Positions 8,273 to 17,364 of a DNA stretch of 48,201 nt are shown in pieces. The notes under the pieces are model-generated. The model was not told the origin of the DNA. It saw nothing but the letters and a program-made list of their open reading frames with translations, and ran no database searches. Origin of the DNA: a virus (Duplodnaviria > Caudoviricetes); the IMG/VR virus record IMGVR_UViG_3300020138_000007, positions 1 through 48,201 of that record; one strand, given 5' to 3'. A program made the translations under genes and the position numbers. Each line of letters begins with the position of its first letter. The first letter of the stretch is position 1.

Positions 8273-8648
8273 CGCACCAGAGCGGATTTGGGCGTGGCCG
8301 TATAAAGGCGAACCCTACAACGGCAACTGGATGGTTGCCAAATTTGAAAAAGGTATCGAATACATCCGCGCCGACCGCATCGAAGCCCTTGAGCGCCAGC
8401 TTACCGAGGCACGGGCGGACGTTCGACGGCTCACCGAGGAACAGGCGCGCATTGTTGAAATCAACAAACAGCACTGCAAGACGATCAATTCCTACATAGT
8501 AGACAATTCTCGCCAAGAAGACGCCCGCAAAGCCGCCGAAGCCGAGCGCGACTGCCTCACGGCTGACAATGCGCGCCATGGGAGAGAAGAAATGAAGCTG
8601 AGTGATGCGAAAGGAGAGTCAGATGTTTACACACATCCGTCGTTATGA
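8265..8648 (+). CDS. hypothetical coiled-coil protein, temperate-phage-like
   Basis: MVDAPERIW...IEYIRADRIEALERQL; GGAGG RBS. Confidence 0.65.
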   Translation: MVDAPERIWAWPYKGEPYNGNWMVAKFEKGIEYIRADRIEALERQLTEARADVRRLTEEQARIVEINKQHCKTINSYIVDNSRQEDARKAAEAERDCLTADNARHGREEMKLSDAKGESDVYTHPSL

Positions 8649-8841
8649 TAATTTCTATATCATAGCCAGATACTGCCTGTTTGGTATAAAAGTGGCAGGC
8701 CCAAGTTTCGAATATTGGTGGGGTAAAAATCACCAATGTCGCTGGTATATTTACTCTACTGTTGAAGAGGCAAGACAGGCCTACGAAAACCGCAAGCGCA
8801 TGAAGAAAGAGAGTAAGGGGAAGTTCGTTGCATGGCTATGA
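8623..8841 (+). CDS. hypothetical protein
   Basis: AAGGAG RBS before ATG at 8623. Confidence 0.65.
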   Translation: MFTHIRRYDNFYIIARYCLFGIKVAGPSFEYWWGKNHQCRWYIYSTVEEARQAYENRKRMKKESKGKFVAWL

Positions 8842-10369
8842 AGAGAGGCTTCCGAGATTTCTCAAGACCCATCAGGCATGTCCTTGCGGAGACTCTTCTG
8901 ATGCTTACTCTGTCAGATCTGACGGGTCAGGGAAGTGCTTCTCATGCGGAAAGAACTTCTCAAAAGAAGAAGGGATAGATTTGAATAACGTAGTCGTAGA
9001 ATATGACATTGTAGGACACCGAGGTATTTCAAGAAAGACGTTTGAGTTCTATGGAGTAAAGACGAAGTTTCTCGACGGGGAGCCGTCAGAGGTAGGTTTT
9101 CCATACGGCCAACACGGCATGAAGATCAGAGACCTCCATGTCAAGAAAAACATGAAGTGTGTCGGAGGGTTTTCAGAAGCCGGACTCTTTGGACAAGAGA
9201 GATTCGATCCGGGTTCGAAGGATTCAATCACCATCTTCGAGGGAGAGTTCGATGCAATGGCTGGATACGAAATGCTCAAGGGAAAGTCCGCTTGTGTCTC
9301 CATCAAGTCTGGCGCAGGCAGCGCTCTACTCGACTGTCGTAAACAGTGGGATTATATTAACTCGTTCGCCAAGATATACCTCTGCTTCGACAATGATGAG
9401 CAGGGGATCAACGCGACGAAGTCCCTTCAAGGACTGTTTGACTTCCAGAAGGTCTACCATGTAAAGTTCCATTCAAGGAAGGACGCGAATGAGTTCCTCG
9501 AAAATTCCGATTCCGATGCTTTTTGGAAGACGTGGCATTCAGCCAAGAGATTCACTCCGGACAACATCATCTCGTCGTTTTCAGAGATCGAGTCTGCCCT
9601 TGATATATCGACCGAAGATCATCTCGCAGACTATCCATTTCCTGAATTGAACTCGAAGCTTTATGGGCTCCATGCTGGTGAAGTCGTCGTAGTGAAGGCA
9701 CAGGAAGGGGTCGGTAAGACAGAGTTCTTCCGTGCCCTCGAATATTCAATCGTAAAGAATACGAAACACCCGATTGGAGTCATCCACCTTGAAGAAGATA
9801 ACGGAACTACTATCAAGGCTATCGCAGGGTATGAATTGGAAGTCCCGGCAGTATTACCTGATTGTGGACTATCAAAACAAGACATTCTGTCTGCTTACAA
9901 GAAAGCAGTTCAAGACGATGAAGGACGTATTCATATTCACTCGTCGTTTGATGTCGAAGACGAGTCGGCCTTCCTCGGGAACATCCGCTTCTTGGTATCG
10001 GCTGCCGGGTGTCGAATCATCTTTCTCGATCACATTTCTTGGCTCGCCACTGGTCTTGCTGACGAAGACGAGAGAAAAAAGCTGGATCGAGTCTCTCAAA
10101 AACTCAAACTTCTCGCAAAGGAACTCCGATTCTGTCTTGTCATGATCTCTCACGTCAATGACGATGGAAAGACTCGTGGTTCTCGGAATATCAGTAAGGT
10201 CGCCAACACCGTGATCTCGTTAGATCGAGATATCCTGAATGAAGACATGACGACGTATTTCCTGATTGAGAAGGCTCGACTCGGAGGTCGTACAGGCAAG
10301 GCTGGTTCAGGGTATTTTGAGAGAGAAATCGGGAAGCTTATTCCAACAGAAGAAAGGAAGGTCGCATGA
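8828..10369 (+). CDS. DNA primase-helicase (T7 gp4-like)
   Basis: Zn finger CPCG...CFSC, TOPRIM FEGEFDAM and CFDNDEQG, Walker A AQEGVGKT, IFLDHIS, ISHVN, KARLGGRTG. Confidence 0.95.
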   Translation: MHGYEERLPRFLKTHQACPCGDSSDAYSVRSDGSGKCFSCGKNFSKEEGIDLNNVVVEYDIVGHRGISRKTFEFYGVKTKFLDGEPSEVGFPYGQHGMKIRDLHVKKNMKCVGGFSEAGLFGQERFDPGSKDSITIFEGEFDAMAGYEMLKGKSACVSIKSGAGSALLDCRKQWDYINSFAKIYLCFDNDEQGINATKSLQGLFDFQKVYHVKFHSRKDANEFLENSDSDAFWKTWHSAKRFTPDNIISSFSEIESALDISTEDHLADYPFPELNSKLYGLHAGEVVVVKAQEGVGKTEFFRALEYSIVKNTKHPIGVIHLEEDNGTTIKAIAGYELEVPAVLPDCGLSKQDILSAYKKAVQDDEGRIHIHSSFDVEDESAFLGNIRFLVSAAGCRIIFLDHISWLATGLADEDERKKLDRVSQKLKLLAKELRFCLVMISHVNDDGKTRGSRNISKVANTVISLDRDILNEDMTTYFLIEKARLGGRTGKAGSGYFEREIGKLIPTEERKVA

Positions 10370-10515
10370 CTGAAAAAGAGTTGGTTGACATCATATCCGA
10401 GATGATTTGGGAGACTCCTGTCGAAGGGGAGGAGTCTTTTATCTGGCATGCAGACGCAGATGATTGTGCAGTTAGGATTATTGACTTTCTTAGAGAAAAA
10501 GGACTGATGGAATGA
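10366..10515 (+). CDS. small hypothetical protein (49 aa)
   Basis: MTEKELVDIISEMIW...LREKGLME, with ATGA overlaps on both sides. Confidence 0.65.
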   Translation: MTEKELVDIISEMIWETPVEGEESFIWHADADDCAVRIIDFLREKGLME

Positions 10516-10637
10516 AGATAATTCCATTACTATGGCTTGTCGTATCAATCACTGTCATATGTCTAATCCTAGCATCTTGTCAGACTTCAGACGGATTTCA
10601 GCAGGACGAGATCGACTACATCGTGGAGGAATTATGA
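10512..10637 (+). CDS. putative small lipoprotein (41 aa)
   Basis: MKIIPLLWLVVSITVICLILAS-CQTSDG: signal peptide plus LASC lipobox; coupled to both neighbours. Confidence 0.6.
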   Translation: MKIIPLLWLVVSITVICLILASCQTSDGFQQDEIDYIVEEL

Positions 10638-10852
10638 AAGAAAAGATTGATTGGTATGAACGTCGGGGTGAACTCGAACCCGACATGGTGTTTGACTCTA
10701 CCTATGGTATTGTGAAATTAGATCATCGAAAACCCGGAGATGGCACAGATTGGGTCGTTCAGACTTGGTATGCTGGTCACTGGTTCTATGACGAGGACAG
10801 CATACATCCAGCAGATTTGATTGATCGTTTACCTGACGATTTTAATGGGTAG
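10634..10852 (+). CDS. hypothetical protein
   Basis: GGAGG RBS; starts MKEKIDWYERRG. Confidence 0.7.
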   Translation: MKEKIDWYERRGELEPDMVFDSTYGIVKLDHRKPGDGTDWVVQTWYAGHWFYDEDSIHPADLIDRLPDDFNG

Positions 10853-10855
10853 GGG

Positions 10856-10890
10856 TTGACATTCCCACAGGATATGTTACTTTATCTTAA
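10856..10890 (+). promoter_or_regulatory. sigma70-type promoter upstream of the DNA polymerase operon
   Basis: TTGACA at 10856-10861, N16, then TG-T-TACTTTATCTTA. Confidence 0.8.
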
Positions 10891-10939
10891 GAGGTTGACA
10901 CCTAATTGTATACTCGACCAAGAGACGAGGGACGTTCCT

Positions 10940-11119
10940 ATGACCGAGTTCAAGATTACAGTGATGGATGGGGTTCGCGAGCACACCGAGCGCGAGCCGG
11001 TCGAGTTGTGGCTCAACAAAGACGGAAGAGTTGTGATACGCTCCTACAATGAGGGTGGAAATAATGTTACTGATGTCGACCTGCGAGATGTCCTTGACTG
11101 GACGCGAACAGGCCTTTAA
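10940..11119 (+). CDS. hypothetical protein
   Basis: GAGG RBS; starts MTEFKITVMDG. Confidence 0.65.
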   Translation: MTEFKITVMDGVREHTEREPVELWLNKDGRVVIRSYNEGGNNVTDVDLRDVLDWTRTGL

Positions 11120-11170
11120 GAGGATCAGCAGATATATAATTAGGGGTTTGCATAAAAGGGTAAATATGGT

Positions 11171-13057
11171 GTGACTGACAACGACAAAAAGGACAAGTGG
11201 GTAGTCTTCGACTGTGAGGCCGACGGATTTGTTCCTAGTAAATTCCACTGCCTTTCATGGAGAGATCAGGATGACGACAAAGGGACGATTACTGAATATT
11301 CAGAGATCAGGAATTTCTTTCGACGGTACTCCATGTACGTCGGTCATAATATACGACGGTGGGATCTACCTCAACTACGAAGAGTCGTTGGGATCGAATG
11401 GGAAGATTTTCAATCGATTGTGGATACCCTTGGTCTTGCATGGTATCTCGACCCTGACAGACCACGACATAATCTTGAATCTTACGGAGAAGATTTCGAA
11501 GTTGAAAAACCCAAGGTTGACGATTGGGAGAGTCAAGACCTCTCGGTCTACAAATTCAGATGCGAGAGAGACGTCGAGATCAACTTCCGTCTTTGGAAAG
11601 ATCAGACTAGACGTCTGCTAAAGCTCTACTCTGACGAAGACCTTAAGAGGTTTCTGAAGTATATCGATTTCAAAATGTATTCTGCGCACCTCGCAGAAGA
11701 GTCTAGATGGAAGCTTGACGTCGATGCAGTCAAGAACTCAATCCAGAAACTGACAGAAGAGAGGGATCAAAAGCTTGAAACGTTACGGGCAAGTATGCCC
11801 CGAGTCCCGATTAAGTCTACTTACAACCCGCCTAAAAGACGATACCGTGCAGATGGCGAACTTAGCGTACTTGGACAGCGTTGGAAGGACCGCCTTATCG
11901 AAGGGGGATTTCCACCAGAACATGATGGACCTATTGACGTCATCACTGGATATGATGAACCAAATCCACAGTCTACTGATCAAGTCAAAGACTGGCTCTT
12001 CTCGCTCGGATGGCGACCTCGTACTATAAAATACGACAGAAACAAGAAGACAGGAGAGGTCAGGGAAATCCCACAGGTCAATCTCCCGAACGGAGGTGGT
12101 ATCTGTGAGTCAGTCCAAGAACTCTATGAGAAGGAACCTGCCCTCGAAGCACTCGATTCTCTCGGAGTTATTAAACACCGTCTCGGTCTTCTTAATGGCT
12201 ATCTTCGTGACGTTTCTTCTGACGGGTATCTACAGGCTTGTGTCGCTGGTCTGACGAACACCCTCCGTTTCAAACATGCGGAGATCGTCAATCTACCGAA
12301 GGTCGAAAAGCCCTACGGTAAGGATATCCGTGGCCCTTTGATTGCTCCTGAAGGGATGGAGTTGTGTGGTTCTGACATGTCTTCTCTCGAAGATCGTATC
12401 AAGCAACACTTCATCTATCCGTTCGATCCAGAGTACGTCAAGACGATGATGTCAGACGACTTCGATCCTCATCTCGATCTTGCACTTCTCGCAGGTGCCT
12501 TGACGAAAGAAGACGTCAGGAGTTATCATGAAGGAAAGAAAGAGTCGGTCCTCTACGTCAAGCCGATCCGTTCGATCTACAAGAATGGTAACTACGCATG
12601 TCAGTATGGAGCGGGTGTCTCACGTCTGGCCATAACTTGTGCGTGCGACGAAGAGACCGCCCGTCGTGTCCATGAGACTTACTGGAAACGAAATTGGGCG
12701 ATCAAGGCTGTTGCTGAAAAGCAAAAGACTAAGTCTGTCGATGGGCAGATGTGGCTTCTTAATCCAATCTCTAAATTCTGGTATAGTCTTAGGACGAAGA
12801 AGGACGTCTTTTCGACTCTCGTACAGGGGACGGCAGCATTCGTATTCGATACGTGGTTGGCTTTCGTCCTGAAAGAGCGTCCACAAGTCACCGGACAGTT
12901 TCATGACGAATTCATCTTGTGTGTCAGAAAGGGTCATCGTGAAGAGGTAGAGAGATTTCTACGACAGTCAATACAGAAGGTGAATGATTATTTAAAGCTA
13001 AACAGAGAACTAGACATTTCAGTACAATTCGGAGATTGTTATGCCGACATCCACTAA
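11171..13057 (+). CDS. family A DNA polymerase with 3'-5' exonuclease
   Basis: ExoI VFDCEAD, ExoII GHNIRRWD, ExoII/III region RCERDV, motif A GSDMSSLEDR, motif B RSIYKNGNYACQYGAG, motif C QFHDE. Confidence 0.95.
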   Translation: MTDNDKKDKWVVFDCEADGFVPSKFHCLSWRDQDDDKGTITEYSEIRNFFRRYSMYVGHNIRRWDLPQLRRVVGIEWEDFQSIVDTLGLAWYLDPDRPRHNLESYGEDFEVEKPKVDDWESQDLSVYKFRCERDVEINFRLWKDQTRRLLKLYSDEDLKRFLKYIDFKMYSAHLAEESRWKLDVDAVKNSIQKLTEERDQKLETLRASMPRVPIKSTYNPPKRRYRADGELSVLGQRWKDRLIEGGFPPEHDGPIDVITGYDEPNPQSTDQVKDWLFSLGWRPRTIKYDRNKKTGEVREIPQVNLPNGGGICESVQELYEKEPALEALDSLGVIKHRLGLLNGYLRDVSSDGYLQACVAGLTNTLRFKHAEIVNLPKVEKPYGKDIRGPLIAPEGMELCGSDMSSLEDRIKQHFIYPFDPEYVKTMMSDDFDPHLDLALLAGALTKEDVRSYHEGKKESVLYVKPIRSIYKNGNYACQYGAGVSRLAITCACDEETARRVHETYWKRNWAIKAVAEKQKTKSVDGQMWLLNPISKFWYSLRTKKDVFSTLVQGTAAFVFDTWLAFVLKERPQVTGQFHDEFILCVRKGHREEVERFLRQSIQKVNDYLKLNRELDISVQFGDCYADIH

Positions 13058-13226
13058 AGTCCATGTCGTTTTACAAGATGTCTATGGGTATGGACACGAC
13101 AGTATCTTTGGTGTTTACATCGACCAAGCAATAGCGAATAAACATATCGATGAATATATCGAAGTCATGAAGCCACGATATGTACGTGGTGATTTTATAG
13201 TATTAGAAGAAAGGGTTATAATTTAA
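13041..13226 (+). CDS. hypothetical protein (61 aa)
   Basis: GGAG RBS; coupled to its neighbours. Confidence 0.6.
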   Translation: MPTSTKVHVVLQDVYGYGHDSIFGVYIDQAIANKHIDEYIEVMKPRYVRGDFIVLEERVII

Positions 13227-13855
13227 TGGTATCTTGGGGTCGTAGGAATAAAAGCAATACGAAGTTTCACACGATTGCCGGTAAGGCGGTCTATGTCAAG
13301 CCTTACGTGCCTGACGAATACAACGGTGTCGAGAACTGGAAGTGCGGTCTGACCGTCACGAAGGACTCATTCAATGAGTTGAAGTCTTGGGGTTGTCAAC
13401 TCCAGAAGCGTCTGGCAGAAGACGTCCCGAATATCGATGAGAACACTCCATACGTGACGTTCAAACGAAATGTCATGAAAGAGTTCAAGGACAACACCGT
13501 CTACTTCTGTCCTCCTGTAATCTACGACAAGGATGGAAATGAGTTGATCTCTTATGTGAACTCGGAAGGGAAGACCGTCCGACAGTTCAACGAGGGTGAA
13601 GAGCAGCCGACCCGTAAGGGTGAGCCTATCCTGATTGGTAACGGTTCTGACATCGAGGTCACTATCGGGATCTATCCTGCTGGACAGTTCGGTTATGGCA
13701 CTCGTCTTGAGTCTATCAAGATCATCGATCTGATCGAGTTCACTCCAGAGGATGACGAAAAGGACTCACAGTCCGAAAAGAAATCTGAAGAGCGACAGGA
13801 ACGTAAGAAGTCTGTCGACTCGGAAGGCAACACGAAGTCTGATATTGGGTGGTAA
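13226..13855 (+). CDS. probable ssDNA-binding protein (T7 gp2.5-like)
   Basis: LIGNGSDIEV...GTRLESIKIIDLIEF, charged tail ending in Trp, located after the polymerase. Confidence 0.75.
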   Translation: MVSWGRRNKSNTKFHTIAGKAVYVKPYVPDEYNGVENWKCGLTVTKDSFNELKSWGCQLQKRLAEDVPNIDENTPYVTFKRNVMKEFKDNTVYFCPPVIYDKDGNELISYVNSEGKTVRQFNEGEEQPTRKGEPILIGNGSDIEVTIGIYPAGQFGYGTRLESIKIIDLIEFTPEDDEKDSQSEKKSEERQERKKSVDSEGNTKSDIGW

Positions 13856-14736
13856 TGAAGAGTATCGATACACTCGTAGATGATATAAAGGGGCTTCTGG
13901 ATGAGGGTGTCGATTCTGTAAACGAAGAGTCTCTGAAAAATATGGGGGAGGCAATCGCCTCCTCTGTCAAGTTGGCACTCCTCAAATCAGAACGAAAACC
14001 TCGTGGAACACTTCGTACGAGTAACATCGGAAAACCTTGTAATCGACAACTCTACTACGAGGTCAACTCTCCAGAAGAGAAAGAACCACTCCCACCACAA
14101 GCTAGGATGAAGTTCCTCTTCGGTCATATCCTTGAAGAGGTGATGCTCTTTCTCTGCGAAGAAGCAGGACACTCGGTCGAGGGTCGTCAGGATGAGATCG
14201 ATATCGTGGGGATCAAGGGTCATCGTGATGCCGTGATCGATGGTGTCGTCGTAGATGTCAAGTCTGCCTCGACGTACTCGTTCAAGAAGTTCGAAGAGCA
14301 TAATCTAGAGCAGGATGATCCGTTCGGCTACATGGATCAGATACAGTCGTATCTACATGCCGGTCAGGAAGACGACCTCGTGACTGACAAAGAAAGGTGT
14401 GCCTTCCTTGTCGTCGATAAGACACTCGGGAACATCTGTCTCGACGTCTACCCTCGAAGACCATTTCCGATTGAGAAACTCTATGAGTATAAGAAGGATA
14501 TGGTTGCCCGTGAGGACCCACCTAGGAGGGGATTCGATCCAGTACCAGATGGTAAGTCGGGAAATATGAAACTCCCGATGGCATGTTCGTACTGTGACTT
14601 CAAGAACCTTTGTCACCCTAATCTTAGGACATTCCTGTATGCAAGGGGGCCTGTCTTCCTCACGACGGTAAAGAAAGAGCCTGACGTCTCGGAGGTGTTG
14701 AGAGATGGTTCAATCTCTACAAGAGAAAAAGGATAA
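13855..14736 (+). CDS. PD-(D/E)xK exonuclease, Cas4/RecB-like
   Basis: SNIGKPCNRQLYY, GHILEE, GHRDAVIDG..VDVKS, Q..SY, CSYCDFKNLC. Confidence 0.88.
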   Translation: MKSIDTLVDDIKGLLDEGVDSVNEESLKNMGEAIASSVKLALLKSERKPRGTLRTSNIGKPCNRQLYYEVNSPEEKEPLPPQARMKFLFGHILEEVMLFLCEEAGHSVEGRQDEIDIVGIKGHRDAVIDGVVVDVKSASTYSFKKFEEHNLEQDDPFGYMDQIQSYLHAGQEDDLVTDKERCAFLVVDKTLGNICLDVYPRRPFPIEKLYEYKKDMVAREDPPRRGFDPVPDGKSGNMKLPMACSYCDFKNLCHPNLRTFLYARGPVFLTTVKKEPDVSEVLRDGSISTREKG

Positions 14737-15085
14737 AGCCGACGTTGCGAAGCAACTCAAACGCCGTGAAGCGGCTAGGTGGGCCAGAATTAAACGGGTC
14801 TATGGACTTACGAAAGAACAGTATGAGGAATTAGACTATGGACACTGTGTTATCTGTCTACGCGATTGGAGTCAGTCTGTTCGCCCTTGCATTGATCATG
14901 ATCACTCTTCTGGGGAAATCCGTGGACTTCTGTGTTCTTACTGTAATCACCGTGTTGTTGGTAGGCACAGGGATTGGACTCTCTTACAGCGGGTAGCTGA
15001 TTATCTTAAATCCCCTCGAAAGGGGTGGGTAGTCCCACCCAAGAAACGAAAAACAAGGAAGAAAAATGGAAGAACCAAACGATAA
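14705..15085 (+). CDS. recombination endonuclease VII-like
   Basis: YGLT..Y, CVIC, CIDHDHSSGEIRGLLCSYCN. Confidence 0.88.
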   Translation: MVQSLQEKKDKADVAKQLKRREAARWARIKRVYGLTKEQYEELDYGHCVICLRDWSQSVRPCIDHDHSSGEIRGLLCSYCNHRVVGRHRDWTLLQRVADYLKSPRKGWVVPPKKRKTRKKNGRTKR

Positions 15086-15161
15086 ACGAGACATCGTTCT
15101 CGGGATTATTACACTCGCCTTCGTGGCATATCTCGGGTATCTCGTAGGAGTAGCAGTTTGA
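15066..15161 (+). CDS. small single-TM protein (31 aa)
   Basis: MEEPNDKRDIVLGIITLAFVAYLGYLVGVAV; AAGGA RBS. Confidence 0.5.
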   Translation: MEEPNDKRDIVLGIITLAFVAYLGYLVGVAV

Positions 15162-15197
15162 GTAAGATTGAAAATCTAAACAACATGGGGGTGTCTC

Positions 15198-15986
15198 ATG
15201 TCTAAGACATATTTGATCGTACCTGACCCCCATGCACACTTCGAGCATGATAATCTCCGTGCAGACTATCTCGCCAATCTGATTATCGACATCCGTCCAG
15301 ATGTCGTCGTCAATATGGGTGATCAATTCGATATGCCCTCTCTGTCTGACTACGACAAAGGGAAGCGGTCATTCCACGGGAAGTCATACAAGAAAGACAT
15401 CGAAGCAGGATTGGAGTTCCACGACAGGATGTGGGGTCCAGTGAGAGCAACTAAGAAGAAGATGCCCTATAGGGTAGTCTTGGAGGGTAATCATGAACAT
15501 CGCGTTGAAAGGGCTTTGGATCTTTCTCCTGAGTTGGCTGGGACTATCGGCTTCTCTGATTATGGTTTTTCTGAGTTCTACCACGATGTGGTTAGGTATG
15601 ACGGCCAGCTTCCGGGAATATTTAAATCTGATGGTATCCTTTTCTCCCATTACTTTCCTACCGGCGTTAGTGGTCGCCCTATGGGTGGTATCAGTCCGGC
15701 GAGGATGATGGCACAGAAGAACAAAGTGTCGTGTGTCGCAAGTCACATCCATACACTTGACTTCTTCTCTGAAAAGAATATCGACGACAAGGTGATTAAC
15801 TGCCTGATCGCAGGATGTTATCAGGACTATATCAATGATTGGGCTGGTCCGATTGGTAAGTTCTGGCGAGCGGGTGTTGCTGTCCTTCGAAATGTCGAGG
15901 ATGGTAATTTTGACTTCCAGTGGATCTCTCTTGAGAGCCTAAAGAAGGCTTATGGAGATCAGGATTTTAAGAGTATTGAAGTATGA
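15198..15986 (+). CDS. calcineurin-like metallophosphoesterase
   Basis: VPDPH, MGDQFD, LEGNHE, FSHYF, SHIH. Confidence 0.88.
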   Translation: MSKTYLIVPDPHAHFEHDNLRADYLANLIIDIRPDVVVNMGDQFDMPSLSDYDKGKRSFHGKSYKKDIEAGLEFHDRMWGPVRATKKKMPYRVVLEGNHEHRVERALDLSPELAGTIGFSDYGFSEFYHDVVRYDGQLPGIFKSDGILFSHYFPTGVSGRPMGGISPARMMAQKNKVSCVASHIHTLDFFSEKNIDDKVINCLIAGCYQDYINDWAGPIGKFWRAGVAVLRNVEDGNFDFQWISLESLKKAYGDQDFKSIEV

Positions 15987-16159
15987 AAGACTACGAAAAG
16001 CTACTAATCAAGATCGTCAACGAGTTTGCTGACGACTACTCCGTCGAGGAGGTTCTCGACATTCTTTTCCCCGGACAGTCGTTTGGTGAAATCATGAACG
16101 ACGCTTTTAACGCAGGGCTTATCCCCAACGACATCATGGAGAACTTCATTAATGAGTAA
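15983..16159 (+). CDS. small acidic hypothetical protein (58 aa)
   Basis: MKDYEKLLIKIVNEFADD...; ATGA overlap with the upstream gene. Confidence 0.65.
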   Translation: MKDYEKLLIKIVNEFADDYSVEEVLDILFPGQSFGEIMNDAFNAGLIPNDIMENFINE

Positions 16160-16886
16160 GATCGTAGACACACTTTTCTCTTGGTTCACACCAATCGCTG
16201 CGCTTGGACTGGTGGGAGCAGCAGTCGTCATGGCTCCTGCCGGTCCACCGGCTGCGACTGAAAATGACATGATTCTCGCCTCTGTACAGGTGGAGAGGTA
16301 CTGTTCCGGTACAGTGATCGAGGATACTGATCTCTCCGACGGAAAGCAGATGACTGTCCTCTCTGCCAAGCACTGCCTGAATGGGGATCAGGGTGTCGGT
16401 TCCATCGTGATGGTGAATGTCCCACAGACGATGATGAATGAGTACTACAATGATCGGGCAATCAAGATGATCGTCACGAAGGTCTCCGAAGAGTCCGACC
16501 TGATCGAGATGCAGGCGATCAAGAAGGACGAAGGTCTTGATATTCCGTCCGTCCCGATCCATCATGGTATTCCCAAGATCGGTGATGAAGTCTGGTCTAT
16601 CGGGTTTCCTCTCGGTGGCCCGAAGGCGTTTAACGCCGGTTTCCTCTCCTATGTCGTCGATATGAAGGACATCACTCATCTCGACCATTGTATCTGGGAT
16701 TCGACGACCTGTCTTTATCAGCAGGTTGCTGTCCCTGTAGATGGTGGTAATTCCGGTGGTGGACTCTTTGTGAAGTCGAGTGATGGATATCGTCTTATGG
16801 GTGTCCTGACTGGTAAGGATACTCGTTCGTCACAGCTTGCCTATTTCACACCTCTGGATGAGGTCCAGACTTTCTTGGGAGTATAA
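16152..16886 (+). CDS. trypsin-like serine protease with N-terminal signal/anchor
   Basis: CSGTVI, LSAKHC (His), ESDL (Asp), IGFPLG, GGNSGGGLF (Ser); hydrophobic N-terminus. Confidence 0.9.
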   Translation: MSKIVDTLFSWFTPIAALGLVGAAVVMAPAGPPAATENDMILASVQVERYCSGTVIEDTDLSDGKQMTVLSAKHCLNGDQGVGSIVMVNVPQTMMNEYYNDRAIKMIVTKVSEESDLIEMQAIKKDEGLDIPSVPIHHGIPKIGDEVWSIGFPLGGPKAFNAGFLSYVVDMKDITHLDHCIWDSTTCLYQQVAVPVDGGNSGGGLFVKSSDGYRLMGVLTGKDTRSSQLAYFTPLDEVQTFLGV

Positions 16887-17129
16887 ATGGCAGAACGAAA
16901 ACGGGACTATCGTAAAGAGTACGACGAATATCAGGGAAAGCCCGAACAGATACGTCGTCGTGCCCAGAGGAATAAAGCCAGACGTGAACTCGGACTGAAG
17001 AAGGGTGATCCCCGAGAGGCCGGACACGTCGGACGTAATCGGAAGGGGAAGCTCGGATCAAAAGTCCGGGCTATCTCTCGAAAGAGCAATCGAAAGGATC
17101 AGCCTAAGCGAAATGGGAAAGAAGATTAA
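16887..17129 (+). CDS. small basic HNH-like protein (probably degenerate)
   Basis: RDYRKEY...RRAQRNKARR...KGDPREAGH...SRKSNR, a common phage HNH-related pattern. Confidence 0.65.
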   Translation: MAERKRDYRKEYDEYQGKPEQIRRRAQRNKARRELGLKKGDPREAGHVGRNRKGKLGSKVRAISRKSNRKDQPKRNGKED

Positions 17130-17364
17130 ACGACCAATCACATATGTAAAATGGGTCGATTCAGCCTCTTATTCTGACCAACAGTGGTACTCTTTGAGTG
17201 ATCATGACCATGGGATAGCTACTATCGAGGCAGTCGGCATTCTTGTACATGAAGATAAAAACTTCATTTCTCTGGTCATGAATATCTCGAAGCAAGATAG
17301 TGTTGTGGGTGATATGGCGATACCGAAGGTCGCCATCCTGAAAAGGAAGGTGCTTAGTGCCTAG
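17113..17364 (+). CDS. hypothetical protein
   Basis: YVKWVDSA...VGIL...IPKVAI; plausible small beta protein. Confidence 0.7.
   Translation: MGKKIKRPITYVKWVDSASYSDQQWYSLSDHDHGIATIEAVGILVHEDKNFISLVMNISKQDSVVGDMAIPKVAILKRKVLSA

Noticed and set aside
10895-10915. Second TTGACA...TATACT promoter
   Set aside because: The spacer is only 8 nt.
13855-14736. CRISPR-Cas locus suggested by the Cas4-like gene
   Set aside because: No repeat-spacer array or other cas genes were seen, and the context is replication.
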